From an uncultured Candidatus Cloacimonadota bacterium (GTDB taxonomy: Bacteria > Cloacimonadota > Cloacimonadia > Cloacimonadales > WRIO01), in NCBI GenBank assembly GCA_964573665.1, contig CAZNKI010000002.1:70526-134525 (forward strand): a stretch of 64,000 nucleotides of DNA, written 5' to 3'. Below, in pieces: positions 10,276-19,775 of the stretch. Below the pieces are notes generated by a model. That model had not been told where the DNA came from, did no database searches, and saw nothing but the letters and a program-made list of their open reading frames with translations. Numbering within the stretch: position 1 is the stretch's first letter; each line of letters starts with the position of its first letter. Both the position numbers and the translations under genes were made by a program.

Positions 10276-10568
10276 TCTATACCTCATCTTTTTTGCCGAT
10301 TTCTACTCTTTTTTTTATTAATATTTTATATTTTTAGAAAAGAAAATTATGTAATTAATATTAATTACACAGTTGAACCGAGAGCAAGACGGGGGTAAGT
10401 AGAGGGTAAGCGGAGAAGAAAACTTAAAAAAATAGCTTTTTTTGATAAAAAACATGCTTCAGAAGTATTTGATATAAAATATTGAAGCGGCATCATCCTT
10501 GTCAACAAAATTAGAGCGAAGATGCTCCTGCCAAAGATAATAATTATCAAATCTTCTGAATCTATTGC

Positions 10569-10596
10569 TTGACAAAAATCAAAAAATTAATATTCT
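10569..10596 (+). promoter_or_regulatory. Sigma70-like promoter for the hybrid kinase
   Basis: TTGACA-16 nt-TATTCT upstream of ATG 10621. Confidence 0.55.
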
Positions 10597-10620
10597 TATG
10601 AAAAAGCTATAGGAAGAGTA

Positions 10621-13554
10621 ATGATGAAAAGTGAATTAATCAAAAACCCTCATAAATTGGTGATTTGGAGTACCATCCCCTTATTTATTCTTGTTTTTGT
10701 CTTTGCTTTTTTTTCTATCATTAATTCCGACGCTAAACCAAACAGAAAATTAAAACTTACTCAGGAAGAGAAAGACTGGCTTGCTGATCATCAGGATAAA
10801 CTCATTCTCTATTTTAATACTGAATTTCCTCCTATGGAGTTTATTTCTGATAATGGAGAATTCATTGGCTTAGGTGCAGATATATTTAAAATTGTGGAAC
10901 AGCGTCTGGATATAAAATTCAAAAAAATAGCTATGCCTGACTGGAATCAACATCTTAAAGCATTAGAAACTGGAGAATGCGCCATCGCACCGACAATAGC
11001 AAAGACTCCTGAAAGAGAAAGTTTTGCCTTCTTTACCGATGCTTATACAGTTGTACCTGTTGTGATTATTGCAAAAAGAACAGATAAAAGAGAGATAACA
11101 CTTGACCAGCTTGAAGGAAAAAAGCTGGCAGTCGTTTCTGGATATGCAACAGAACAATATCTGAATGATCTTTCTCTTTTATATCATTTCAATGTTATGC
11201 CATACAAAAATGTTACTGAAGCTTTACATAGTGTATCTTTTGGACAAACTGATGCTCTTGTTGAAAATCTCGCTGTAGCAGCCTATTTTATCGAAAAAAA
11301 TAATATCCCAAACTTACAAGTCGTCGGGCAAACAGATTATTCTTTTTCTTTAAGTATTGGAATTAGCAGGCATTATCCTCTTCTTTATAGTTCGATTCAA
11401 AAAGCGCTTAGATCTATCTCAAATCATGAAATGAGAGATGTTTCTAAAAAATGGATTCAATTAGATACTTCTTATGGACTCGATCCGCTCACCTGGATTA
11501 TTCTCAAGTTAGTGGCTTTATTCGTTATATTTTTAATCATTGGCTTAGTTCTTATTTCATTAATCCTCAAACATCGGTTAAAAGTAAGATTGATAGATTT
11601 GCATCGAAGTGAAGAAAAATATAAAAGACTGGCGGAAAAATCTCCTGCAGTTGTTTTTCAACTATTGACTAAATCAAAAAAAAATATTAGCTTTTCATAT
11701 ATAAATGAAAGCGTTTATGAACTAACGGGAATTCATGCCCATGACTTAATGAACGACTCGTCTTTGTTTTTTAAAAAGATTTATAAAGATGATTATCGTA
11801 AATTCTATCATAGTGCAGTAGCTTCTGCGAAACATTTACAAGCTTTTTCTAATGTTTTTAGATTTCTTAAAAACGAACAGATTATCTATTTGTCACCACA
11901 ATCGACTCCAGAACTTTTGCCTGATGGAAGTATATTGTGGGACGGTTTTTGTATTGATGTCACAGATCAGATCAAGTCAGAAGCTAAGTTAAAAGAAAGT
12001 GAAGAGAAATATCGAAGAATCGCCGAAAATACTTCTGATATCATTTGGGCAACTGATATGAATCTCAAAACTTACTTTGTAAGTCAATCTGTATATAAAG
12101 TGTTAGGATATACGGTTAAAGAATATTTAAGTCGAAATCTTCAAGACAACTACACTCCTGAATCATTAAAAATTATCAATCAGGTTTTTGAAGAAAACTT
12201 AAAATTAGAATCTGATCCAAATGCTGATAAAAATAGAAACAGAATTTTTGAAGTTCAGCAAATTAAGTCTGATGGTTCTTTACTCTGGGTTTCTTTGAAT
12301 GCTTCCTTCATGAGAGATGAATCAGGAAAAACTATTGGTATTCAAGGAGTCACTCGAGATATTTCTGAACTCAAAGCTGCTGAATTAAAACAGGAAAAAT
12401 TGCAGGAACAGTTGATGCATGCCCAAAAAATGGAATCTGTTGGAAGACTTGCGGGTGGGGTAGCACATGATTTTAACAATATGCTGGGTGTGATTATCGG
12501 ACATGCTGAGTTGGCTTTTCTAAAAGTAAACCCTGATGATAGTATTTACAACAACCTGTTTGAGATTAAAAATGCTGCTGAACGATCAGCGAATCTTACA
12601 AGACAACTACTCGCTTTTGCCAGAAGACAGGCGATCGAACCAAAAGTCATTGATCTCAATGTCACTATTGAAGGGATGCTGAAAATGCTACGAAGACTTA
12701 TTGGTGAAGATATTACCTTAGAGTGGCATCCAAAAGCTAAACTATGGAATGTAAAAGTTGACCCCTCACAGATTGATCAGATTCTTGCAAATTTGTGTGT
12801 GAATGCTCGTGATGCGATTGTCAGTAATGGTAAACTTATCATTGAGACTGACAATGTCAGCATTAATCAAAATCAGCTTTCTATTAATCCTGATTTTTAT
12901 ATCGGTAACTTTGTTAGGATTTCTGTCACTGATAATGGATCGGGAATAGATAAAGAAACTCTTTCTCACATCTTTGAACCGTTTTTTACAACTAAAGAAA
13001 TTGGCAAAGGAACAGGACTTGGACTGGCGACTATTTATGGCGCAGTGAAACAAAATAACGGTTTTATTGATGTTCAAAGTGAACTTGGTAAAGGGACTTC
13101 TTTTAGTATTTATTTCCCTCAGTATATTGATGAAAATAATGAAGACCGATCTGTTGATAGTGAAGAACATATCCCCGGAGGAAATGAAACAATTCTTCTT
13201 GTCGAAGATGAACCAGCTATTTTATCTTTAGGCGTAATGATGCTTGAAAATTTAGGATATGAAGTACTTGCTACAGGAAGTTCATTAGATGCATTAAAAA
13301 TTGCAAAAGAAAAAAATGGTAAAATTGATCTATTACTCACAGATGTGATTATGCCTCAAATGAATGGCAGAGAGTTGATTGACCGGATGATTGAATCCTA
13401 TCCTAAATTAAAATACATCTTTATGTCAGGTTATACTTCAAACATTATTGCTCCTCATGGAGTTTTAAAAGAAGGTATCTTTTTTATTCAAAAACCTTTT
13501 ACCTTGAGTAATTTGGCAATAACAATCCGAAAAGTCTTAGATCAAAAAGACTAA
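10621..13554 (+). CDS. Hybrid sensor histidine kinase (family-3 solute-binding domain, 2 PAS, HisKA, HATPase, receiver)
   Basis: 'FPPMEF...G...D' PBP domain; TM segment; PAS domains; 'GRLAGGVAHDFNNML' H-box; 'NLCVNARDA', 'DNGSG', 'FFTTK..GKGTGLGL'; REC with 'LLVEDE', 'LLTDVIMP', 'KPF'. Confidence 0.93.
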   Translation: MMKSELIKNPHKLVIWSTIPLFILVFVFAFFSIINSDAKPNRKLKLTQEEKDWLADHQDKLILYFNTEFPPMEFISDNGEFIGLGADIFKIVEQRLDIKFKKIAMPDWNQHLKALETGECAIAPTIAKTPERESFAFFTDAYTVVPVVIIAKRTDKREITLDQLEGKKLAVVSGYATEQYLNDLSLLYHFNVMPYKNVTEALHSVSFGQTDALVENLAVAAYFIEKNNIPNLQVVGQTDYSFSLSIGISRHYPLLYSSIQKALRSISNHEMRDVSKKWIQLDTSYGLDPLTWIILKLVALFVIFLIIGLVLISLILKHRLKVRLIDLHRSEEKYKRLAEKSPAVVFQLLTKSKKNISFSYINESVYELTGIHAHDLMNDSSLFFKKIYKDDYRKFYHSAVASAKHLQAFSNVFRFLKNEQIIYLSPQSTPELLPDGSILWDGFCIDVTDQIKSEAKLKESEEKYRRIAENTSDIIWATDMNLKTYFVSQSVYKVLGYTVKEYLSRNLQDNYTPESLKIINQVFEENLKLESDPNADKNRNRIFEVQQIKSDGSLLWVSLNASFMRDESGKTIGIQGVTRDISELKAAELKQEKLQEQLMHAQKMESVGRLAGGVAHDFNNMLGVIIGHAELAFLKVNPDDSIYNNLFEIKNAAERSANLTRQLLAFARRQAIEPKVIDLNVTIEGMLKMLRRLIGEDITLEWHPKAKLWNVKVDPSQIDQILANLCVNARDAIVSNGKLIIETDNVSINQNQLSINPDFYIGNFVRISVTDNGSGIDKETLSHIFEPFFTTKEIGKGTGLGLATIYGAVKQNNGFIDVQSELGKGTSFSIYFPQYIDENNEDRSVDSEEHIPGGNETILLVEDEPAILSLGVMMLENLGYEVLATGSSLDALKIAKEKNGKIDLLLTDVIMPQMNGRELIDRMIESYPKLKYIFMSGYTSNIIAPHGVLKEGIFFIQKPFTLSNLAITIRKVLDQKD

Positions 13555-13614
13555 ATATCATTTCTTAATGTATTATTTGTAAAGTATATTAATTGAATAA
13601 ATTTGGGAGGCTGG

Positions 13615-13959
13615 ATGCCAAGACCACGAAAATGTCGAAAAGTATGTAAAATGCCAAAAAATAACGAATTTACTGCGATAGATCACGGGAATGGGAATCG
13701 ATCTGAAATAATCATGACTGTTGAAGAATATGAGTGTATTCGACTCATTGATTATGAAGGATTGATGCAGGAAGAATGCGCAGAAAGAATGAATGTCGCC
13801 AGAGCAACTGTTCAAAGAATTTACAATGATGCAAGAATTAAACTAGCAAAACTAATTGTAAATGGATCTTCTCTAAAAATCAAAGGGGGTGATTATCAAA
13901 TCTGTCAAAACAACCTTGATGGACTATCATGCCCTAATTGTTGTAAAAAAAGTGAGTGA
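13615..13959 (+). CDS. DUF134-family predicted DNA-binding protein
   Basis: 'MPRPRKCRKV...', 'MTVEEYECIRLIDYEGLMQEECAERMNVARATVQRI...AR.KLA..IVNG..LKIKGG'; RBS GGAGG before ATG 13615. Confidence 0.88.
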   Translation: MPRPRKCRKVCKMPKNNEFTAIDHGNGNRSEIIMTVEEYECIRLIDYEGLMQEECAERMNVARATVQRIYNDARIKLAKLIVNGSSLKIKGGDYQICQNNLDGLSCPNCCKKSE

Positions 13960-13976
13960 AATATTTATTAGATAGA

Positions 13977-15362
13977 CTAATGATGATTATTCTGCTCGAG
14001 CTTTAAATATAAGTTTTCATATTGCTTGATTGAGGTTTTCCAAGACCAGTCGGCATTCATTGCATTTTTTATATAACGGGATAGCAGGTGTTTGTCTTTA
14101 TATACTTCAATTGCTTCCTGAATCACAGAAATGAGGCTATTGCTGTCATTTGATGGCAAGAAAAACCCGTTCACTAAATGATTGTCTTCACTGGTCTGGT
14201 CAATTACGGCATCAACTAGTCCGCCTGTCTTATTGGCAATAGGGATGAGACCATATTTTAATGCATAGAGAAATGAGACTCCATCTGTTTCTGTATGAGA
14301 GGGTAATAGTATAAAATCACAAGCAGATAGTATTAAATGGATGAAATCAGTATCAAATTCTTTGATAATTCGCACATTCTCCAAGGATCTGATTTTTTCA
14401 TTAGTATCAATTTCCAAAAAATCTTCCCCTGTTCCATAAATTAACAGTTGCATATCTTTATCATTTATCGTGTCTAAGACTTCAAGTATTAAATCAAAGC
14501 CCTTCTCTTCTGTTAATCGTGTGCCAAAGAAAAAAATTGGTACTTCTTCGCGATCAGGAAAATTGAGCTTTTCTTGTAATAATATCTTATTATAAAAACG
14601 GGCATAATGATTCTCTGAATCATATTTGCAGGGAATTTGTGGATCTATGGCTGGATTCCAGATACCATATTGAACACCATTCATGATGCCAAATAAATCA
14701 TGAGCTCTTTGCTTAAAAAACTGTGCATAAGTGTCAGATACTTCTTCATCTTGTACTTCAATTGCATACTGCTTACTGCATAAATTGATCATTTTACTGA
14801 AAAGAATTCCTATTTTTATCAAAGAATCTGCTCCTAAAATTTTGATCTCATTCATGAAATAATCATCTAAATGGAAACGAATTAAAGATTCATAGTAAAT
14901 CGGATAATCTTTTTTCAGATCATGAAGCGTAAATAATGAGGGATAGCTTTCGGTTACCGGATTAGCCTTGAGTAATAGAGGAACTAATCCACATAATGCT
15001 GAATGACAATGAATGATGTACTTATCCTCAAGATTCTGAATAAACTCAACACAGGTTTTATTAAACAATATGACTGACTCGATATTGTCATCAAAATCAG
15101 ATGACGTAAAGTATCGGTTTAATGGCTTAATCAGGATGACTTTCTGTTGAGCATTTGCTAAGGTTGTTTCAAATATTGATGCTTCTTTAAAATGATAAAG
15201 TGCTTTGATTTTTTCTTCAGAAATTTTTATTTTTTCATACCATGGTAAAATGCAAAATGCAAAACGATGGTTGAGATTGTGAATGAACTGCTCAATGAGT
15301 ACTGATTGACGGTTATGACCAGTGAGTGGACTTAACTCTGGAATAATTTGGATGACTTGCAT
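13977..15362 (-). CDS. Glycogen/starch-synthase-like GT5 protein with degenerate N-terminal motif
   Basis: 'FTLHDL', 'GIMNG..YGIWNPAIDP', 'TRLTEEKG', 'YALKYG..P...TGGL.D', 'DWSW'; lacks the N-terminal KTGGL motif. Confidence 0.75.
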   Translation of the reverse strand: MQVIQIIPELSPLTGHNRQSVLIEQFIHNLNHRFAFCILPWYEKIKISEEKIKALYHFKEASIFETTLANAQQKVILIKPLNRYFTSSDFDDNIESVILFNKTCVEFIQNLEDKYIIHCHSALCGLVPLLLKANPVTESYPSLFTLHDLKKDYPIYYESLIRFHLDDYFMNEIKILGADSLIKIGILFSKMINLCSKQYAIEVQDEEVSDTYAQFFKQRAHDLFGIMNGVQYGIWNPAIDPQIPCKYDSENHYARFYNKILLQEKLNFPDREEVPIFFFGTRLTEEKGFDLILEVLDTINDKDMQLLIYGTGEDFLEIDTNEKIRSLENVRIIKEFDTDFIHLILSACDFILLPSHTETDGVSFLYALKYGLIPIANKTGGLVDAVIDQTSEDNHLVNGFFLPSNDSNSLISVIQEAIEVYKDKHLLSRYIKNAMNADWSWKTSIKQYENLYLKLEQNNHH

Positions 15363-15371
15363 GAAATCCTC

Positions 15372-16256
15372 CTATAATTTTCTCCATCTTCTGTGGACCC
15401 AAAACCACATTTCAGGATATTTTCTTATAAATTCCTCTATATGGTAATTGATTTTTTGAGTTAAGTCAAGGATATTTTCCTCATTTAGCTCAATATTATC
15501 AGTGTAAATGGGTTCACAAATAAAACAGTGATGTTTATAGAAGCCTTTTCGTACATCAAAAGCGATTAATATTGGTGCTTTGGTTTTTAATGATAATTTT
15601 GCAACACTGGTGAAAACTTTTGTCGGAAGACCTAAAAATGGCAAATCAACTCCATGACGCCCTGCATATTGGTCGACAAGGAATCCTACAGTCTCTTTGT
15701 TTAATAATGCGTTGATGATCGGTTTTATGGCGTTTTTCATTGAAAGTACATGCACCCCGGATTCTAATCGTGATTGATTCACATACTCATCAAACAATCT
15801 ATTGCGTTGCTCTTTTACAACAGCGTATATTTTCCCACTCTTGCTTGCCAGAAACTTCGCGCCAATCTCCCAATTTCCAAAGTGCGCAGATACAAAGATT
15901 ATCCCTTTTTTTGCTTCAAGACACTTTTCAAGATAATCAAGACCTTCACATTGCATTTGTTCAAATATTTGTTTATCTTCTGCAATAAATATCTCGCAGA
16001 CAGATTTCCCTAATTCAAAATACATTTGATCTGCAATTCGATTGATTTCCTTGATTGATTTTTCAGGAAAAACAGCACTTATCTGTTTAATGACAAGCGC
16101 TCTTCTGATTCTAAGTACTTTTCCTCCAAACAGAAGGAAATATGCCATAAATCTAACGGTAAATGAATAGGGGAGCATTTTGAAAAAGCCAATAACTCCC
16201 CTGAAACATGTATACTCGATTAGATTCTTGATTTGATTATTTTTTAAAAAGTTCAT
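15372..16256 (-). CDS. Lipid A lauroyl/myristoyl acyltransferase (LpxL/HtrB family)
   Basis: 'SAHFGNWE', 'LVDQ', 'FLGLP', C-terminal 'PEMWFWVHRRW'. Confidence 0.88.
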   Translation of the reverse strand: MNFLKNNQIKNLIEYTCFRGVIGFFKMLPYSFTVRFMAYFLLFGGKVLRIRRALVIKQISAVFPEKSIKEINRIADQMYFELGKSVCEIFIAEDKQIFEQMQCEGLDYLEKCLEAKKGIIFVSAHFGNWEIGAKFLASKSGKIYAVVKEQRNRLFDEYVNQSRLESGVHVLSMKNAIKPIINALLNKETVGFLVDQYAGRHGVDLPFLGLPTKVFTSVAKLSLKTKAPILIAFDVRKGFYKHHCFICEPIYTDNIELNEENILDLTQKINYHIEEFIRKYPEMWFWVHRRWRKL

Positions 16257-17529
16257 TTTTTTTATTTAAAACTTCTGCAATTGTATACAATGAACCAGTG
16301 ATGACCAATATCTCGTCAGGTTTTGTTTCTTTGTACGCCATTGTACAAGCTTCAATAACATCATTGACTGCAAAAGATGGAATATTAAACTGGCGTGCTA
16401 CTTCCATTTGCTCTTCAAGATCTGCCGCACGTTCTGAATGATTCTTTGAAATGTATATCTCATTAGTATACTGACAAATTTCCATGATCATTTTATCTAA
16501 TTTTTTGTCGCGCAATATTGCCACTACAAAACGAATAAAACGATTAGGAAACATCTTCTTTAAATTGCTGATTAATGTATGCACCCCTTCTTCATTGTGA
16601 GCACCATCGATTAATACTAATGGATGATTTGCTAAAATTTGCATTCTCCCAAACCAGTTTACTTTACCTAAACCTTCTCTAATTGAGTTGTAATTGATTG
16701 ATCGGCCTAATATCTCCTGATAAATGATAAATGACGTTAATGCAGTACTCGCATTAATTGCCTGATGTTCTCCTAAAAGATTGACTCTTAAATCTTTTAA
16801 TTCAATTCCTTTTTCAGGAAATGAATAATCAAAAATTGTCCCTTCTTCGCTTATCCTAATGTTTTTTGCATAGTAATGTTGATTGTATATTGATACAGGA
16901 GCATCTTTATCTCTCGCAACTTCAAGAATCACCTTCTGACATTCAGGAACTATGTTGCCGAGTACAACTGGAGTTTTGTGTTTGATAATACCTGCTTTTT
17001 CGAAAGCAATCTGCTCAATCGATGATCCTAAACTTTTCGGATGATCTAATGAAATGGTAGTGATAACGCAAACTGTTGAACAAAATGGCTGTGTTCCATC
17101 AAGACGTCCACCAAGACCCACTTCAATAATCGCAGTATCAATTTGTTGCTTAACAAGAAGTGCGAATGCAATTGAGGTCGTTATCTCAAAAAAAGAAGCA
17201 TCATTTTTATCAAAAATTGCTTGGTACTCTTCATGAATTTTCATGATCTCTTCGAAATGGATATTTTCACCATTGATACGAAATCGTTCGCAGTAGTCGA
17301 TTAAATGAGGTGATGTATTCATTCCTGTAGTCAAACTCTGACTAAGCGCTAACGCTTCGGATATAGCTGAAACAGATCCCTTGCCATTGGTTCCAGCGAT
17401 ATGAATCCCTTTTAACTGTTTTTCAGGATTCCCCATTTCTTCCAAAATGGAATGCATTCTTTCTAAACCAAGCTTGACATTCCCAGAATATCTCTCATAA
17501 ATATGAATTAAAAACTCCTGATAATTCAT
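16237..17529 (-). CDS. folC: Folylpolyglutamate synthase / dihydrofolate synthase
   Basis: 'HIAGTNGKGS', 'TSPHL', 'EVGLGGRLD', 'AFEKAGIIK', 'DGAHN', 'TGSLY'. Confidence 0.95.
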   Translation of the reverse strand: MNYQEFLIHIYERYSGNVKLGLERMHSILEEMGNPEKQLKGIHIAGTNGKGSVSAISEALALSQSLTTGMNTSPHLIDYCERFRINGENIHFEEIMKIHEEYQAIFDKNDASFFEITTSIAFALLVKQQIDTAIIEVGLGGRLDGTQPFCSTVCVITTISLDHPKSLGSSIEQIAFEKAGIIKHKTPVVLGNIVPECQKVILEVARDKDAPVSIYNQHYYAKNIRISEEGTIFDYSFPEKGIELKDLRVNLLGEHQAINASTALTSFIIYQEILGRSINYNSIREGLGKVNWFGRMQILANHPLVLIDGAHNEEGVHTLISNLKKMFPNRFIRFVVAILRDKKLDKMIMEICQYTNEIYISKNHSERAADLEEQMEVARQFNIPSFAVNDVIEACTMAYKETKPDEILVITGSLYTIAEVLNKKNELFKK

Positions 17530-17550
17530 GATGACCCTTTCTAAAAAATA

Positions 17551-17578
17551 AAAAACCTCCAGGTAAGCCTGAAGGTTT
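17551..17578 (-). terminator. Probable intrinsic terminator after the pilin-like gene
   Basis: Minus strand AAACCTTCAGG-CTTA-CCTGGAGGTTTTT followed by further T residues. Confidence 0.5.
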
Positions 17579-17592
17579 AATTTATGATAATA

Positions 17593-17970
17593 TTAATAGA
17601 TTGATGTCGGAGGCAACTTGTGATTTGGATGTTTTGCCTCATTAGCACAACGAACTTCTACAGTGTTATTTACTGGATCAATAATCACATTGTATTTGTC
17701 ACCGATATTTTCCTCTGGACATTCTGGTGAATTGTCTAAGTATTTACCATTGACTAAATCATTCACTGTTATTTTTGTTACTGGCCCTCTGTCATTAACA
17801 TAACTTTGAACTGCTTCAGTGATCTTCTTCATATTCTTAATACAATCTTCAGTTTTTTTGCCTTTGTTGAGATCAAACATATTTGGCAATGCCAAAATGA
17901 ATATAAAAACTAATGCAAAAATTATGCTTAATATTTTGTAAATGCTTATCCCTTTTTGATTTGTGTTCAT
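17593..17970 (-). CDS. Type IV pilin / ComGC-like protein
   Basis: Prepilin-like 'QKG|ISIYKIL' plus a hydrophobic helix, then 'C..NMKKI..AV..Y' and C-terminal 'CPE' and 'C..H'; RBS GGAG. Confidence 0.7.
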   Translation of the reverse strand: MNTNQKGISIYKILSIIFALVFIFILALPNMFDLNKGKKTEDCIKNMKKITEAVQSYVNDRGPVTKITVNDLVNGKYLDNSPECPEENIGDKYNVIIDPVNNTVEVRCANEAKHPNHKLPPTSIY

Positions 17971-18134
17971 TGTATTCTCCTAATTTATAATTCTTTTTGT
18001 CTAAATCATACGATTATCACCTATTAGTCAAGCTTTTTCTTGTTTTTTTCTTTAATTTTACTTTTTTATATAATTTTCTTGCTTTTTTTTCTTTTTCTTA
18101 ATATCATATTTGAAGTGATTAGGCGGAGGTAGAT

Positions 18135-18905
18135 ATGGATATTGGAACAATTATGGGTGTTGTGGTCGGACTTGGTCTGATTATTGTTTCAATTTTGATG
18201 GGTAGTAGTCTTTTAATTTTTGTCGATTACCCCTCTTTAATGATTGTCGGTGGCGGTACGATCGCTGCAATGTTTATTGCGTATCCGATGAAAAGTGTAT
18301 TTATGATCATGAAAGTTACTCGTAAAGCTATATTTCACAGACCTATGGAAATTCATACCATCATTGCTGATGCCAGTAAATTCTCTGCCCTGGCAAAATC
18401 TCAAGGGGCGATTGCTTTAGAGAAAGAACTCGGAAGTGTTAAAGATGAATATTATAGAAAAGGTTTACAGATGATCGCTGACGGCACATCGCTCAGCGTG
18501 ATCAATGATATTATGGGTGGTGAAATTGGCTTAATGAGAGAAAGACATGCTTTAGGTAGAAATATTTTCAATGACATTGCCAAATTTGCTCCAGCTTTTG
18601 GTATGATTGGAACCTTGATTGGACTCGTTCAAATGCTCGCAAATCTGTCTGATCCCGCAAGTATAGGTCCTAAGATGGCAGTCGCTTTGTTAACTACTTT
18701 TTATGGATCTGTAATCGCAAATTTAGTTGCTACTCCATTGGCAACAAAGCTCAAAGGACGCTCTGAAGATGAAACGCTTGCCATGAGATTAACACTTGAA
18801 GCGATTAAGTCAATCGCAAAAAACGAATCACGAAATATCATTGAAGATAAACTCGCTGTCTTCCTTTCAGGTGAAATGAGAAAAAAAATGAATTCAGGAA
18901 AGTAA
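18135..18905 (+). CDS. MotA/PomA-family stator A subunit
   Basis: 'MDIGTIMG', 'SLMIVGGGT', 'KGLQMIADG', 'APAFGMIGTLIGLVQML', 'MAVALLTTFYG'. Confidence 0.9.
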   Translation: MDIGTIMGVVVGLGLIIVSILMGSSLLIFVDYPSLMIVGGGTIAAMFIAYPMKSVFMIMKVTRKAIFHRPMEIHTIIADASKFSALAKSQGAIALEKELGSVKDEYYRKGLQMIADGTSLSVINDIMGGEIGLMRERHALGRNIFNDIAKFAPAFGMIGTLIGLVQMLANLSDPASIGPKMAVALLTTFYGSVIANLVATPLATKLKGRSEDETLAMRLTLEAIKSIAKNESRNIIEDKLAVFLSGEMRKKMNSGK

Positions 18906-18915
18906 GGAATGAAAT

Positions 18916-19734
18916 ATGGCAGATCAAGATATTGATGATAATAACAATTCTAATTTAGAACCTGAAGAAGAACATCCAGAAGGTGCTCCAGAATGGATGG
19001 TCACTTATGGTGATCTGGTAACACTCCTACTGTGTTTTTTCGTCCTTTTGTTTTCTATGTCTAAAGTTGAAAAAGATAAATTCGAAGCGATCGCTGCATC
19101 TCTAAAATCAGCTATCGGTAAAGATCAAGTCCCAGATGCTGGTACTCAATTAGGATTAACTATGAAAACTAGTCAGGACAGTATCAAACAAAATGCTGTT
19201 GATGAATTGGGTGGATTAGTAAAAAAAGAGATCGAAAAAATTGACTCTGAAGTCAAAGAATTCATCTTTGCGAACCAATTAGGCGGTCAAGTTAAAACTA
19301 AAGTGGATGAGAAAGGATATGTTATTACAATCTCTGATGTGATTCTATTTTTGCCAGGTAAAGCAGTGATTGAAGATGGAGCTTATCTTCTTCTTGAAAA
19401 AATAAAAGATATTTTAAGCCGATTTCAGTATAATGTGAGAATTGAAGGGCATACTGATAATACACCAATAAAAAATCAATTTTATCCTTCCAATTGGGAA
19501 CTGTCTTCTGCCAGAGCATGTGAAGTGGTTCGGTTCTTTATTGATAAAGGTATTCCTCCTGAACGTTTATCTGCTGAAGGATTTGCTGAATATAGACCTG
19601 TTGCCACCAATGATACGCCTGATGGTCGAGCATTAAACAGAAGAGTGGAGATTGTTTTTGTGCGTGAAGCGATGGAAAAAGAACTTCAAAAGATTCATCA
19701 AGAACATCTTAAAAATGAAAAGTCTCCTCAATAA
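18916..19734 (+). CDS. MotB/PomB-family stator B subunit with OmpA-like peptidoglycan-binding domain
   Basis: 'WMVTYGDLVTLLLCFFVLLFSMS' TM helix with the conserved Asp; 'IEGHTD', 'SNWELSSARA', 'NRRVEI'. Confidence 0.9.
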   Translation: MADQDIDDNNNSNLEPEEEHPEGAPEWMVTYGDLVTLLLCFFVLLFSMSKVEKDKFEAIAASLKSAIGKDQVPDAGTQLGLTMKTSQDSIKQNAVDELGGLVKKEIEKIDSEVKEFIFANQLGGQVKTKVDEKGYVITISDVILFLPGKAVIEDGAYLLLEKIKDILSRFQYNVRIEGHTDNTPIKNQFYPSNWELSSARACEVVRFFIDKGIPPERLSAEGFAEYRPVATNDTPDGRALNRRVEIVFVREAMEKELQKIHQEHLKNEKSPQ

Positions 19735-19775
19735 ATTTAAGTTTACCATTAATTATTCGAATATAGTAAAGAGGA

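Noticed and set aside
10370-10546. Purine-rich intergenic tract with a weak GAGC-GAAGAT-GCTC hairpin and an AGTTGAACCGAG motif resembling 45920-45945 (inverted)
   Set aside because: No recognisable ncRNA consensus, and the matches are too short to support a call.
13977-15362. Gene symbol glgA
   Set aside because: The KTGGL motif is absent and there is no glycogen gene context, so orthology is not supportable.
18135-19734. Zorya (ZorA/ZorB) anti-phage system
   Set aside because: The A subunit is only 256 aa with no long cytoplasmic tail, the B subunit has the flagellar-type WxxTYxD helix, and there are no ZorC/D/E-like genes.
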